DNA of 64,000 nucleotides from an uncultured Oscillospiraceae bacterium (GTDB taxonomy: Bacteria > Bacillota > Clostridia > Saccharofermentanales > UBA5734). Of the stretch, positions 19,216 through 28,638 are shown piece by piece. Made by a program: the position numbers and the translations under genes. The first letter of the stretch is position 1. Every line of letters begins with the position of its first letter. Location of the stretch: the NCBI GenBank assembly GCA_963827665.1, contig CAWHBQ010000007.1:6401-70400 (forward strand), in the 5' to 3' direction. The notes under the pieces were generated by a model. The model worked only from the letters and a program-made list of their open reading frames with translations. It did not search any database and was not told the origin of the DNA.

Positions 19216-19803
19216 TCAGGCTTTGACGCGTTCCATGTACTCGCCAGTCCGGGTGTCGATTTTAACCATGTCACCCTGGTTGACGAACAACGGGACTTTA
19301 ATCATTGCACCGGTTTCAACAACCGCATTCTTCGTTGCATTCTGGGCCGTGTCACCTTTGACGCCCGGATCACATTCAGTGATTTCCAGTTCGACAAAGA
19401 TCGGCGGTTCAATGCCGAACACTTCGCCTTTGTACGACACAACTTTGCAGACCATGTCTTCCTTGAGGAATTTCAGGGCATCGCCGACTGATGCGGCAGA
19501 AAACGGCACCTGCTCATAGGTGTTGACATCCATGAAGAAATAGAGGTCGCCATCGCTGTAGAGGTAGGTCATGTCGCGCGCGCTCAAGCTGGGCCGTTCG
19601 AATTTTTCGATAGGGTTGAAGCTGCGTTCGACGACACCGCCAGTCTTGACATTGCGATATTTGGTCCGGACAAAAGCTGACCCTTTACCTGGTTTGACAT
19701 GCTGGAATTCGACGACCTGGAAAACCTGGCTGTCCATTTCAAAAGTCATGCCGTTGCGAAAATCACCTGCATAATCATAAATACCTCCCGATCGGTCAAT
19801 CAT
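19216..19803 (-). CDS. efp: Elongation factor P
   Basis: [44 protein letters not shown]. About 10 residues longer at the N-terminus than usual; see the finding on the start codon. Confidence 0.85.
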   Translation of the reverse strand: MIDRSGGIYDYAGDFRNGMTFEMDSQVFQVVEFQHVKPGKGSAFVRTKYRNVKTGGVVERSFNPIEKFERPSLSARDMTYLYSDGDLYFFMDVNTYEQVPFSAASVGDALKFLKEDMVCKVVSYKGEVFGIEPPIFVELEITECDPGVKGDTAQNATKNAVVETGAMIKVPLFVNQGDMVKIDTRTGEYMERVKA

Positions 19804-19839
19804 CTTTGTCTATTTACAGTTTTTCGAAAATTCTTAACT

Positions 19840-19869
19840 ATTCTAGTCGAAAGGCTGCCGGCTTTGCAA
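19840..19869 (-). promoter_or_regulatory. Candidate sigma-A promoter for efp-asp23 operon
   Basis: Minus strand: TTGCAA, 18-nt spacer, TAGAAT. Confidence 0.45.
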
Positions 19870-19880
19870 GGGGCACAATG

Positions 19881-20408
19881 CTATTGGTGTGGCCAAAGAT
19901 CGTCATTGCGGCGAAACCTGGCCAAAAACGGGGCTTCGGGGATGCGTTTGAGTGCGACATTCCAGGCTTCACGGCGGTCCAGCGGCAAAACCAGGATCGC
20001 TGTGACTTTTGCCCGTCGGGCTGCCAGGATATCCGTGAACAACTGATCGCCGATCATCACCGTCTGGTCTGCCGCACAACCGGTTTCGCGGCAGGCCTTC
20101 AGCAGACCATGCGGCGATGGTTTGCCGGCCAGACCGACAAAGGGCACTTCCAGGCTGTCGGCAAATTTTCTCGCCCGCGAGGGTTTGGCATTGGATACAA
20201 TATAAGGTATAAGACCGGCCGACCTGATCCGGGCAACGATCGTCTGTGCAAAGTCATCGGCTCGCTCGGAGCCATGGGGCACAAGGGTGTTGTCGATATC
20301 GAGCAGCACCAGACGTTTGCCTTCGGCATAGAGCAGTTTGAAATCAATGCGGTCGATCGACTGGTATATACGGGCAGGTTCAAATAATCTGAACAACGAA
20401 AACCGCAT
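19881..20408 (-). CDS. yqeG: YqeG-family HAD-IIIA phosphatase
   Basis: LLDIDNTLVPHG (DxDxT), VSNAK and MIGDQLFTDI motifs. Start taken at MRFSLFRLF. Confidence 0.8.
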   Translation of the reverse strand: MRFSLFRLFEPARIYQSIDRIDFKLLYAEGKRLVLLDIDNTLVPHGSERADDFAQTIVARIRSAGLIPYIVSNAKPSRARKFADSLEVPFVGLAGKPSPHGLLKACRETGCAADQTVMIGDQLFTDILAARRAKVTAILVLPLDRREAWNVALKRIPEAPFLARFRRNDDLWPHQ

Positions 20409-20509
20409 CTTAGCCTCCTCAATCCTGCAAATTTGCGCTGCCAGCAGCAGGTTTACAGCCATTTCTGCTTCAAGTATCCGGCATTCGCTTCACCATATCA
20501 AGACTTTGC

Positions 20510-20538
20510 TTGAAATAACGATACGCCTTCTCTATAAT
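20510..20538 (+). promoter_or_regulatory. Sigma-A promoter of the aspartokinase gene
   Basis: TTGAAA, exactly 17 nt, TATAAT. AAGGAG RBS at 20553-20558 and ATG at 20568. Confidence 0.6.
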
Positions 20539-20567
20539 TAGCGTGATCAAATAAGGAGTACACACGC

Positions 20568-21932
20568 ATGAAAGTCTGCAAATTCGGTGGATCATCACTG
20601 GCCAACGCCGAACAGATCCGCAAAGTCTGCGATATTATGCTCAGTGACCCGGATCGCCGGGTCATGGTCGTTTCCGCACCCGGCAAGCGCTCGCGTGAAG
20701 ATATCAAGGTCACCGACCTGCTGATTGCCCTGGCCAACGCGCGAATCAGCGGTTACGACGGCCAGGCCGAGCTGCAGGCTGTTGTCCGGCGTTTTGCGGA
20801 CATTGCCGATGATCTCGAACTGAATCATGACGATCATCACTGACAATCGAAGCTCGATCTTGCAAACCCGCATCGCGGCCGATTGCACCAATTCGCTGCA
20901 AATTCATGGATTCCCTCAAAGCAGCCGGCGAGGACAATTGCGCCCGACTGGTTGCCGACTATCTGAACAGCATCGGCCGGCAGGCCCGTTATGTCGATCC
21001 GCGCAAGGCCGGCCTGCTGCTGACCGAAGAGTTCGGCAATGCCCAGGTCCTGCCTGAATCCTACGACAAGCTGGCCCATGCTGAAAGACTATCCCGGCAT
21101 CGTCGTCTTCCCCGGCTTTTTCGGTTACACCACAGCACGGTGAGGTTGTCGACCTTCTCCCGCGGCGGATCCGACATCACCGGTTCGATCCTGGCTGCAG
21201 CTCTCGATGCGAAGGTCTATGAAAACTGGACCGACGTCGATTCGGTTTATGCCGTCAATCCCAACCTGGTCAGCAATCCGCACCCTATTTCCGAAATCAC
21301 CTACGATGAAATGCGCGAGCTGGCCTATGCCGGTTTTACCGTCCTGCACGAAGAAGCGCTGACCCCGGCCTATCGCAAGGGTATCCCGGTCAACATCCGC
21401 AACACCAACAATCCGACGGCCCGCGGCACCCTGATCGTCAGGCAGCCGCATCAATTTCGAAGGTGTTGTGACCGGCATTGCCGGGGCAAAGGGTTTCTGC
21501 ACCCTCAACATGAGCAAGTACCTGATGAACCGCGAAATCGGCTTCGCGCTGAAGGTGCTGCAGATCCTGGCTGACGAGCAGATTCCATTCGAACACATGC
21601 CTTCCGGCATCGATTCTCTGTCGATTGTCATGCGCCAGGATGTCTTCCCGCGTCGAAAAGGAAAAGCGTCATTGTCCGCCGTCTGGTCGATGAACTGGGT
21701 ATCGAGAAAATATCGGTCGACCGCAACCTGGCCATTGTCATGATCGTCGGCGAAGCCATGGCCCGCACCGTCGGCGTCACGGCCCGCGCAGCCAATGCGC
21801 TGAGCAAGGCCGGCGTCAACCTCGAAATCATCAACCAGGGCGTCTTCCGAAATCAGCGTCATGTTCGGCGTACGCGAAGAATACTGCAATTATGCGGTCA
21901 AGGAACTCTACAAGGAATTTTTCCTGCGCTAA
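20568..21932 (+). pseudogene. Aspartate kinase, at least 4 frameshifts as assembled
   Basis: MKVCKFGGSSLANAEQIRKV...VVSAPGKRS (frame 0). DSLKAAGEDNCARLVADYLNS...SRGGSDITGSILAAALDAKVYENWTDVDSVYAVNP...EMRELAYAGFTVLHEEAL (another frame). ACT-domain pieces VTGIAGAKGFCTL and IVGEAMARTVGVTARAANALSKAGVNLEIINQG lie in further frames. Tail AVKELYKEFFLR* ends at 21932. Confidence 0.8.
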
Positions 21933-21983
21933 AGCTAATCAAGTGTTTTTCTTCCTGCCCTGCGCCAAATCAGACCTGGATAG

Positions 21984-22016
21984 CGGCTGGCCGAATCAAA
22001 TCGGCCGGCTGTTTTT
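21984..22016 (+). terminator. Rho-independent terminator after aspartokinase
   Basis: CGGCTGGCCGA-atcaaa-TCGGCCGGCTG (11 bp, two G-U pairs) followed by TTTTT. Confidence 0.65.
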
Positions 22017-22019
22017 GAT

Positions 22020-23891
22020 TTATGGCATTTTCCTCGCCTGCCGGTCGAGCACGGCGTCGGCATCGAACAAGCGGCTCAGGCGGTACATATCGGGGTGGGT
22101 CAGGCTATAACCGCTGATCTGAACTTTGTCGACATAGACATTTTCGCCGCTGCGCGTGATATAGGGGGTTGCCCCCAGTCCGCCAAAGATACGGATCCCC
22201 TGTTCCTGATAATAAAGACTGCGGGCATCGCTCATCTGCAGCAAGGCTCCATTCGGAAACTCGAGGACATTGACCGGTCCGGTCAGCTGACCAACCTGAC
22301 TTAGCCATTTAGCCCAGTCATCAGCAACCAGTTCGGGGCTGGCTGTCGCAACATTGATGAATCCATAGGTCGAGCTGCCGAACTGCCAGCCAGTCCGTCT
22401 GAGGGCCTGGATAATTGCCGCGACCTGTTCGCGGTTGGCTGCGAAATCTTCAGCTGCCATCTGCAGCGCCGGGAATCCATAATTCTGCAGGGCCTGGTTT
22501 CGATCGTCGAGCTGATCCTGGTCGGTCACATAACCAAAAATACCCTCATACCCGGTCAACGTGATCAAACCCTTTGCGCCGTCGAAAGAAAAATCCGGGT
22601 GGGCTTCGACAAAGGCATCGAGGATGCCGATCGCTTCAGCATCTCTGCTGACTGTTAAATTTCCGTTTGTATCGGGGTATTGCCCACAAACTTGCTGCCG
22701 GTCATTGAGGGCCAAGTTCCAGCAATTTCCGGTTAATCGCCGCGTGACATAATAATTAAGGCCTTCAAGAACCAGCACGACAGGTTTCTTGCCCTCCGGC
22801 AAATCAATTCCAAAGTAGTCCCCTTCAACCTGGAGCTGCCTTGACTGGTCGACCAGAATAAAATTGTTGGCATAAAGTTGTTCGAGCACACTTTTGAATT
22901 CAGCGGTGGTCAGCATGGTGTCCTGCGCAGCCTGCGCGAAATTGTCCCCGTCAAAAGCGACCCCCGGATCAACGATCAAAGGTTTGAGGGTCAGATGCTC
23001 CACAGCTCCCCTATAAGTGACTAATTTTGCAGGGATCAGGCTTTTGCAGGTCGCTAAAGCAGCCTTGATCTTGCTGTCATTGGGGAAAATCGGCTCAAGT
23101 TCCAGCAAGAGCGACTCTGCAGTCACGGCCCGATGCTGCTCCAGATAATCAAGCGCAATCGTCAGCAAGGGTTCATACATCGCTGACTTGCAATCATCAA
23201 GTCGCTGGCGCGCATAATCCTGGACAAACGTGCCCGAATCGTCTTGCTCTGCCAGGGTCAGCCAGGCTGCATGGGCAGGATACCACTGTTTATCGGCCAG
23301 CAGCTGTTCTGTTGACATGATCGCCGGTCGCAGCGCCTGCATCTGAGGCAGCTGGGCATCGAGAGACCGGATGCTGTCTTTCAAGTTGTCGAGGTCTTTT
23401 AGCTGGTTGATCGCGCTTTCGAGCGTTGCCAGGTCTACCCCGCCGTTCAAGTATTGGGAGCATAACTCCCGGGTGAAGCGGGACAGGCGAAGACCCGTGA
23501 CTTCACCCATACCTGCTGCGAAACCCTTCGCTTCAGCGTCCAGTGGCCTGCCCTCATTCAAATTCTTTTCAATTGCCTGCAAGTGCAGGTCAATCGAGCC
23601 TTCCATGTCGTCAAGGACCTCCCGGTACAAGTTGACCTGGTCGTTTTCATCGGCTGGCTGGATTGCACGGGCCTGGACTTCCCTGTACAGCTCGATTGCC
23701 TCACTGAATGACTGTCTGGCAATCGCGGCGTTGAAGGCTTTGAGTTTGGCCTCAGCTGCGTGCTGACGCTGTGAAATCAGCACCAGCGCAATGGATGCAA
23801 TGACAAGCGCAGCCATCAGGCTGATCAACAGCAAGCGCTTGTATCTGAAATGCGACTCGCGACGATTCCGGACGTACAAATCCTGCGCCAC
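22020..23891 (-). CDS. Membrane-anchored hypothetical protein; C-terminal half resembles clostridial polysaccharide-deacetylase-like proteins
   Basis: 623 aa, intact. One N-terminal TM (LLLISLMAALVIASIALVLI) and a helical repeat region, then HLTLKPLIVDPGVAFDGD...MLTTAEFKSVLEQLYANNFILVD. The family call is from memory only. Confidence 0.5.
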   Translation of the reverse strand: MAQDLYVRNRRESHFRYKRLLLISLMAALVIASIALVLISQRQHAAEAKLKAFNAAIARQSFSEAIELYREVQARAIQPADENDQVNLYREVLDDMEGSIDLHLQAIEKNLNEGRPLDAEAKGFAAGMGEVTGLRLSRFTRELCSQYLNGGVDLATLESAINQLKDLDNLKDSIRSLDAQLPQMQALRPAIMSTEQLLADKQWYPAHAAWLTLAEQDDSGTFVQDYARQRLDDCKSAMYEPLLTIALDYLEQHRAVTAESLLLELEPIFPNDSKIKAALATCKSLIPAKLVTYRGAVEHLTLKPLIVDPGVAFDGDNFAQAAQDTMLTTAEFKSVLEQLYANNFILVDQSRQLQVEGDYFGIDLPEGKKPVVLVLEGLNYYVTRRLTGNCWNLALNDRQQVCGQYPDTNGNLTVSRDAEAIGILDAFVEAHPDFSFDGAKGLITLTGYEGIFGYVTDQDQLDDRNQALQNYGFPALQMAAEDFAANREQVAAIIQALRRTGWQFGSSTYGFINVATASPELVADDWAKWLSQVGQLTGPVNVLEFPNGALLQMSDARSLYYQEQGIRIFGGLGATPYITRSGENVYVDKVQISGYSLTHPDMYRLSRLFDADAVLDRQARKMP

Positions 23892-23893
23892 GG

Positions 23894-26127
23894 TCAGATG
23901 CCTTCAAGTCCGACCTGCCGATTTTCGAGCGTACTTTCTTTCAGATAGGACCCGATGGCTGGCAAAACCTTGCTGCGGTAATAATTCGGTTCTATGATCG
24001 CGGTCTCAGAAAGACGCTTGAGCGTGACCATCGTGCTGCCCTTTTTGGAAAGCAGGATCTGGACACCCTGGGTCGAGCGGGTTGCCTTGACCGGTACCAT
24101 CTCACTGTTGAAGACCAGCGCTTTGCGGATGTTGCTCAGGGCGACAAAATCTTCCGGCGCCGTCAGATGGTACATCGCGACCAGCGGCGAGTGGGTGCTG
24201 TATGCATTGACCAGCTTTCGCCGGTTGGTCTTGGTTTCATAGACATCGCAGCGGCATTTGGCACAATTTGCCGCTGGCAAAGCCGAACAGGAACTGTCCG
24301 GCATAATCTTCGGTCAGGTGGATAAAGACGATCCGCTCGCCTTCTTCCAGACTGAGCAGGTTGGGCGTAAATTCGCCCAGGTCGGACGGCTTGTGGTCCT
24401 TGATTTCGAAGCATTTCAGCTTGTAGACATTGCCCTGGTCGGAAAACAGCAGCAGGTCGGATTTGTTCTTGCCTTCGAGTTCCTGGATGATCTGGTCGTC
24501 TTCCTTGGTTTTCAGCTCGCCGGCGCTGCGCAGCGAGGTCAGCGGCGATTTTCTTCAGATAGCCGTGTCCGGTCAGGAACAAGGCGCAGGCGGAAATCGT
24601 CGATCAGCTGATGGTCGTCCAGTTCATCGACATCGTCTTCATGAACCAGGCGGGTCCGGCGGTCGCACCATATTTTTTCGCGACAGCCTCCAAGTGTCCG
24701 GATGATCATGGCGTCGATCTTCTCCTTGCTCTCCAGCGTCGCCTGCAAGTTCGGCAATTTCATCTTCCAGGGTCTCGATATCCGCGGTCCGCTGCAGGAT
24801 GTACTGGCGGTTCAGCTGGCGCAGGCGGATTTCAGCGACAAATTCGGCCTGGACGGCATCGATGCCAAAACCCTGCATCAGGTTGGGCGATGACATCCGC
24901 TTCCTTTTCGGTTTCCCGGACGATGCGGATCGCCTTGTCGATATCGAGCAGGATTTTCTCCAGGCCCGCAGCAAGATGCAGTCGGTCCTGTTTGCGCTCC
25001 AGGTCAAAGACGATTTCGCGCCGGACGCAGGATGCGCCGCCAGGACAGCCATTCGCCCAGAATTGCCTTGATGCCGAGGACGCGCGGCGTGCCGTTGACC
25101 AGGATGTTGAAATTGCAGGGGAATGTCGTCTGCAAGTGACGTGAGGCGGAACAGCTTCTGCATCAGGGCATCCGGATCGGCCGATTTTTTGTAGTCGATC
25201 GTCAGCTTGCAGACCTTCCAGGTCGGTCTCATCGCGGACATCGTTGATTTCCTTGATTTTGCCCTGTTTGACCAGATTCGGTGATCTCGTCGATGATCGC
25301 TTCAACGGTCGTGGTATAGGGGATTTCGATGATCTCGATGATAGCCGTTTTTCTTGTCGACCTGGTAGATCGCCCGCAGCTTGATGCTGCCGCGGCCGGT
25401 CTGGTAGATCTGCTCCATCTCCTGCGGGTTGTAGATGATCTCCGCGCCGGTCGAAAAATCGGGTGCCGGCATCAGGCTCGATCAGGTTGACGCCGGGATC
25501 GCGGATATAGGCGATGGTGGCCAGGCAGACTTCGTGCAGGTTGAACGAACAGATATTGCTGGCCATGCCGACGGCGATGCCCTGGTTGCTGTTGACCAGG
25601 ATTGACGGGAAATGTGGCCGGCAGCAGCATCGGTTCCTGCATGGTGCCGTCATAGTTGTCGATAAAATCGACGCTGTTCTTGTCCAGTCCGCGGAAAATC
25701 TCCTCGCAGATGCTTGTCCAGCCGGACTTCCGTATAGCGGGCGGCGGCATACTGCATGTCGCGCGAATACTGCCGGCCGAAATTACCCTTGGAATCGATG
25801 TAGGGATGCAGCAGGGCGCCGTTGCCGCGGGTCAGGCGGACCAGGGTCTCATAGATCGCCTGGTCGCCGTGCGGGATTGAGCTTCATGGTCTGGCCGACG
25901 ACATTGGCCGACTTGGTCCGGCTGCCGGTCAGCAGGCCCATTTTGTACATGGTATACAGCAGTTTGCGGTGCGATGGCTTGAACCCGTCGATCTCCGGGA
26001 TCGCCCGGGAAACGATGACGCTCATCGCATAGGGCATGTAGTTCTTTTCCAGCGTTTCGGTGATCGGCTGCTTCTGCATGGCAGCCGTTGCGTCATCGTG
26101 ATTCTTGTTCAATGGCGTGGCCTCCAT
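23894..26127 (-). pseudogene. Type IIA topoisomerase subunit A (ParC/GyrA family), many frameshifts as assembled
   Basis: [93 protein letters not shown] and FLTGHGYLKKI are scattered over all three frames. The N-terminal start (26127 or 26079) is uncertain. Confidence 0.8.
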
Positions 26128-26148
26128 GTTGCGAGTCATAGTCTGCGG

Positions 26149-28162
26149 TCATAGTATGCGAGTCATCAGCCGATGATCCAGCATATCGAGATACGAGGTG
26201 GCCGTTCTGCTCGATGTGCTGTTTGCGACCGGCCAGGTTGTCGCCGAGCAGCAGGTCGAACGTGTCCAGCATGTCAGCTGGGCTTCTGCCGGCAGCACCT
26301 GGATCAGGCGGCGGGTTTCCGGATTCATCGTCGTCAGCCACATCATTTCCGGCTCGTTTTCGCCCAGCCCTTTGGAACGCTGGATCGAGCACTTGTCCGC
26401 GCCGAGCCTGGCCAGCAGTGTCGCTCTTTTCTTTTTCAGTATAGGCAAAATAGGTGTTTTCTTCTTTCTTGGTCCGCTGCGTGATTTCAAACAGCGGCGA
26501 TTCGGCGATAAAGACTCTTGCCTTTCTCGATCAGGGTCGGCGTCAGCCGGTAGAGCATGGCCAGGATCAGGGTCCGGATCTGGAAGCCGTCGACATCGGC
26601 ATCGGTGCAGATGATGATCTTGTTCCAGCGCAGGCCGTTCAAGTCAAAGGCTGACAGATCCTTGTTGTGGCGGGTCTGGATCTCGACGCCGCAGCCGAGG
26701 ACCTTGATCAGGTCGACGATGATCTCATTCTTGAAAATTGCTTCATAATCGGCTTTCAGGCAGTTGAGGATCTTGCCGCGGACCGGGATGATCGCCTGGA
26801 ATTCGGCATCGCGGCCCATTTTGCAGGAACCGAGCGCCGAATCGCCTTCGACGATGTAGAGCTCGCGCCGTTCGAGATCCGTGGTCCGGCAGTCGACAAA
26901 TTTTTTGACCCGGTTGATCATGTCGACGCTGCCCATCAGCTTCTTCTTGATGTTCAGGCGCTGCTTCTCGGCGCTTTCGCGGCTGCGCTTGTTGACCAGG
27001 ATCTGTTCGACGACCCGGTCGCCTTCGGCCTTGTTCTCGATGAACCAGATTTCCAGCTGGCTGCGGAGCATCTCGGTCATGAATTCCTGGATGAACTTGT
27101 TGTTGATCGCCTTTTTGGTCTGGTTTTCATAGCTGGTCTGGGTCGAAAACGAACTGGCGACCAGGATCAGGCTGTCCTGGATGTCGGCGAAGGTGATCTT
27201 TGGCTTCATTGCCCTTGTATTTGTCCCGCAGGCTTGATCTGGCGGTCCAACTCGGCGACCAGTGCGTTGCGCACAGCCTTGTCCGGCGAGCCGCCATATT
27301 CCAGCCAGCTGGAGTTGTGATAGTACTCGAGCAGGTTGATTTCATTGTTGAAGCAAAAGGCAATCGCCGCCTTGACCTTGTATTCCGGCTTGTCGGCGCG
27401 GTCGCGGCCCTTGCCGCTGCCTTCGAACAGAACCGGCGTGCTGATGCCGCTGCCTGTGTCGAGTTCACGGACATAGCCGAGGATGCCTTCCGGATAATAG
27501 AAAGTGTCGTTCCTCGCTTGACTCTTCGTCAAACAGTATGAAGGTGATACCGGCGTTGACAACCGCCTGGCGCTTGAGGGTCGCCTGAAAATACTCGAGC
27601 GGGATATGGATGTCGGTGAAAACATCGCGGTCCGGCCGCCATTTCTGGATCGTCCCGGTCTTTTTCTGGCGGACCGGCTCCTTGGTCAGTCCGCCGATAT
27701 TCTCGCCCTTTTCAAAATGCAGCTGATAGCGGAAGCCGTCGCGGACGACCGTGACATCGAAATATTCGGATGCATATTGCGTCGCGCAGGCGCCCAGGCC
27801 GTTCAGGCCCAGGCTGTATTCATAGGAGTCGCCGCTGTTGTTGTTGTATTTGCCGCCGGCATAGAGTTCGCAGTAGACCAGTTCCCAGTTGTAGCGCTCT
27901 TCCTTGCTGATTGAAGTCGAGCGGAATGCCGCGGCCGTAGTCGCGGACCTCGATCGAACCGTCCTTGAAACGGCGTGACTTCGATCTGGTTGCCGTAGCC
28001 TTCGCGGGCTTCGTCGATCGAGTTGGACAGGATTTCAAAAAAAGAATGCTGGCAGCCTTCCAGGTCGTCGGAGCCGAAGATGACGCCGGGACGCAGGCGA
28101 ACCCGGTCGGCGCCTTTCAGCGAGGAAATGCTTTCGTTGTCGTAGGCTTTGGTTTTGGCCAT
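26149..28162 (-). pseudogene. Type IIA topoisomerase subunit B (ParE/GyrB family), many frameshifts as assembled
   Basis: MAKTKAYDNESISSLKGADRVRLRPGVIFGSDDLEGCQHSFFEILSNSIDEAREGYG (GHKL). LYIVEGDSALGSCKMGRDAEFQAIIPVRGKILN...IIICTDADVDGFQIRTLIL (TOPRIM). RSKGLGENEPEMMWLTTMNPETRRLIQV lies in a different frame. AGGAGG RBS before ATG 28162. Confidence 0.8.
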
Positions 28163-28194
28163 GCCGTACTCCCTCCTGTCAGAATCTGGCATCG

Positions 28195-28229
28195 ATTATA
28201 TCACAGCATTAGCTGAGCAAGATCGGTTC
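28195..28229 (-). promoter_or_regulatory. Candidate promoter with extended -10 (TGaTATAAT) for parE/parC
   Basis: Minus strand ...gctgTGATATAATcg about 30 nt upstream of the RBS. The -35 is weak. Confidence 0.35.
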
Positions 28230-28270
28230 GCGGCTACTCCATATGACCTGCGAAATTCGTATCAGCGAAT

Positions 28271-28298
28271 AAGAAAACCGTCTCATGTACGAACGGTT
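28271..28298 (-). terminator. Terminator after the tRNA-Gly/tRNA-Arg pair
   Basis: AACCGT-loop-ACGGTT hairpin followed by TTTTCTT on the minus strand, 4 nt after the tRNA-Arg 3' end. Confidence 0.55.
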
Positions 28299-28301
28299 TT
28301 C

Positions 28302-28378
28302 TGGCGAGCCTAGGAGGACTCGAACCTCCGACCCACAGCTTAGAAGGCTGTTGCTCTATCCAACTGAGCTATAGACCC
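28302..28378 (-). tRNA. tRNA-Arg (anticodon TCT)
   Basis: Reverse complement GGGTCTATAGCTCAGTTGGATAGAGCAACAGCCTTCTAAGCTGTGGGTCGGAGGTTCGAGTCCTCCTAGGCTCGCCA folds as a cloverleaf. Anticodon loop is CTTCTAA. CCA is encoded. Confidence 0.9.
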
Positions 28379-28461
28379 ATGCGATGACCGGTGACTTGAT
28401 TATACTCCGAACAGTGCCGTCTGGCAATAAAAAGGCGGCCTGACAGCCGCCGCAGTATCTG

Positions 28462-28535
<74 letters not shown>

Positions 28536-28603
28536 AAATTGGTTCAAGCCGTCTGCCTGCTGATTTTACCGCATCATTTTGTATTTGTCCACCCCGAAAT
28601 CTT

Positions 28604-28631
28604 TTGACAGTTCGATACATTCTGATAGAAT
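28604..28631 (+). promoter_or_regulatory. Sigma-A promoter of yitJ (TTGACA-16-TGaTAGAAT)
   Basis: TTGACA at 28604-28609 and TAGAAT at 28626-28631, preceded by TG. The ATG at 28639 is only 8 nt downstream. Confidence 0.5.
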
Positions 28632-28638
28632 ATTGACC

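Noticed and set aside
20539-20567. Lysine riboswitch or T-box upstream of aspartokinase.
   Set aside because: The promoter -10 ends 29 nt before the ATG, so there is no space for a structured leader.
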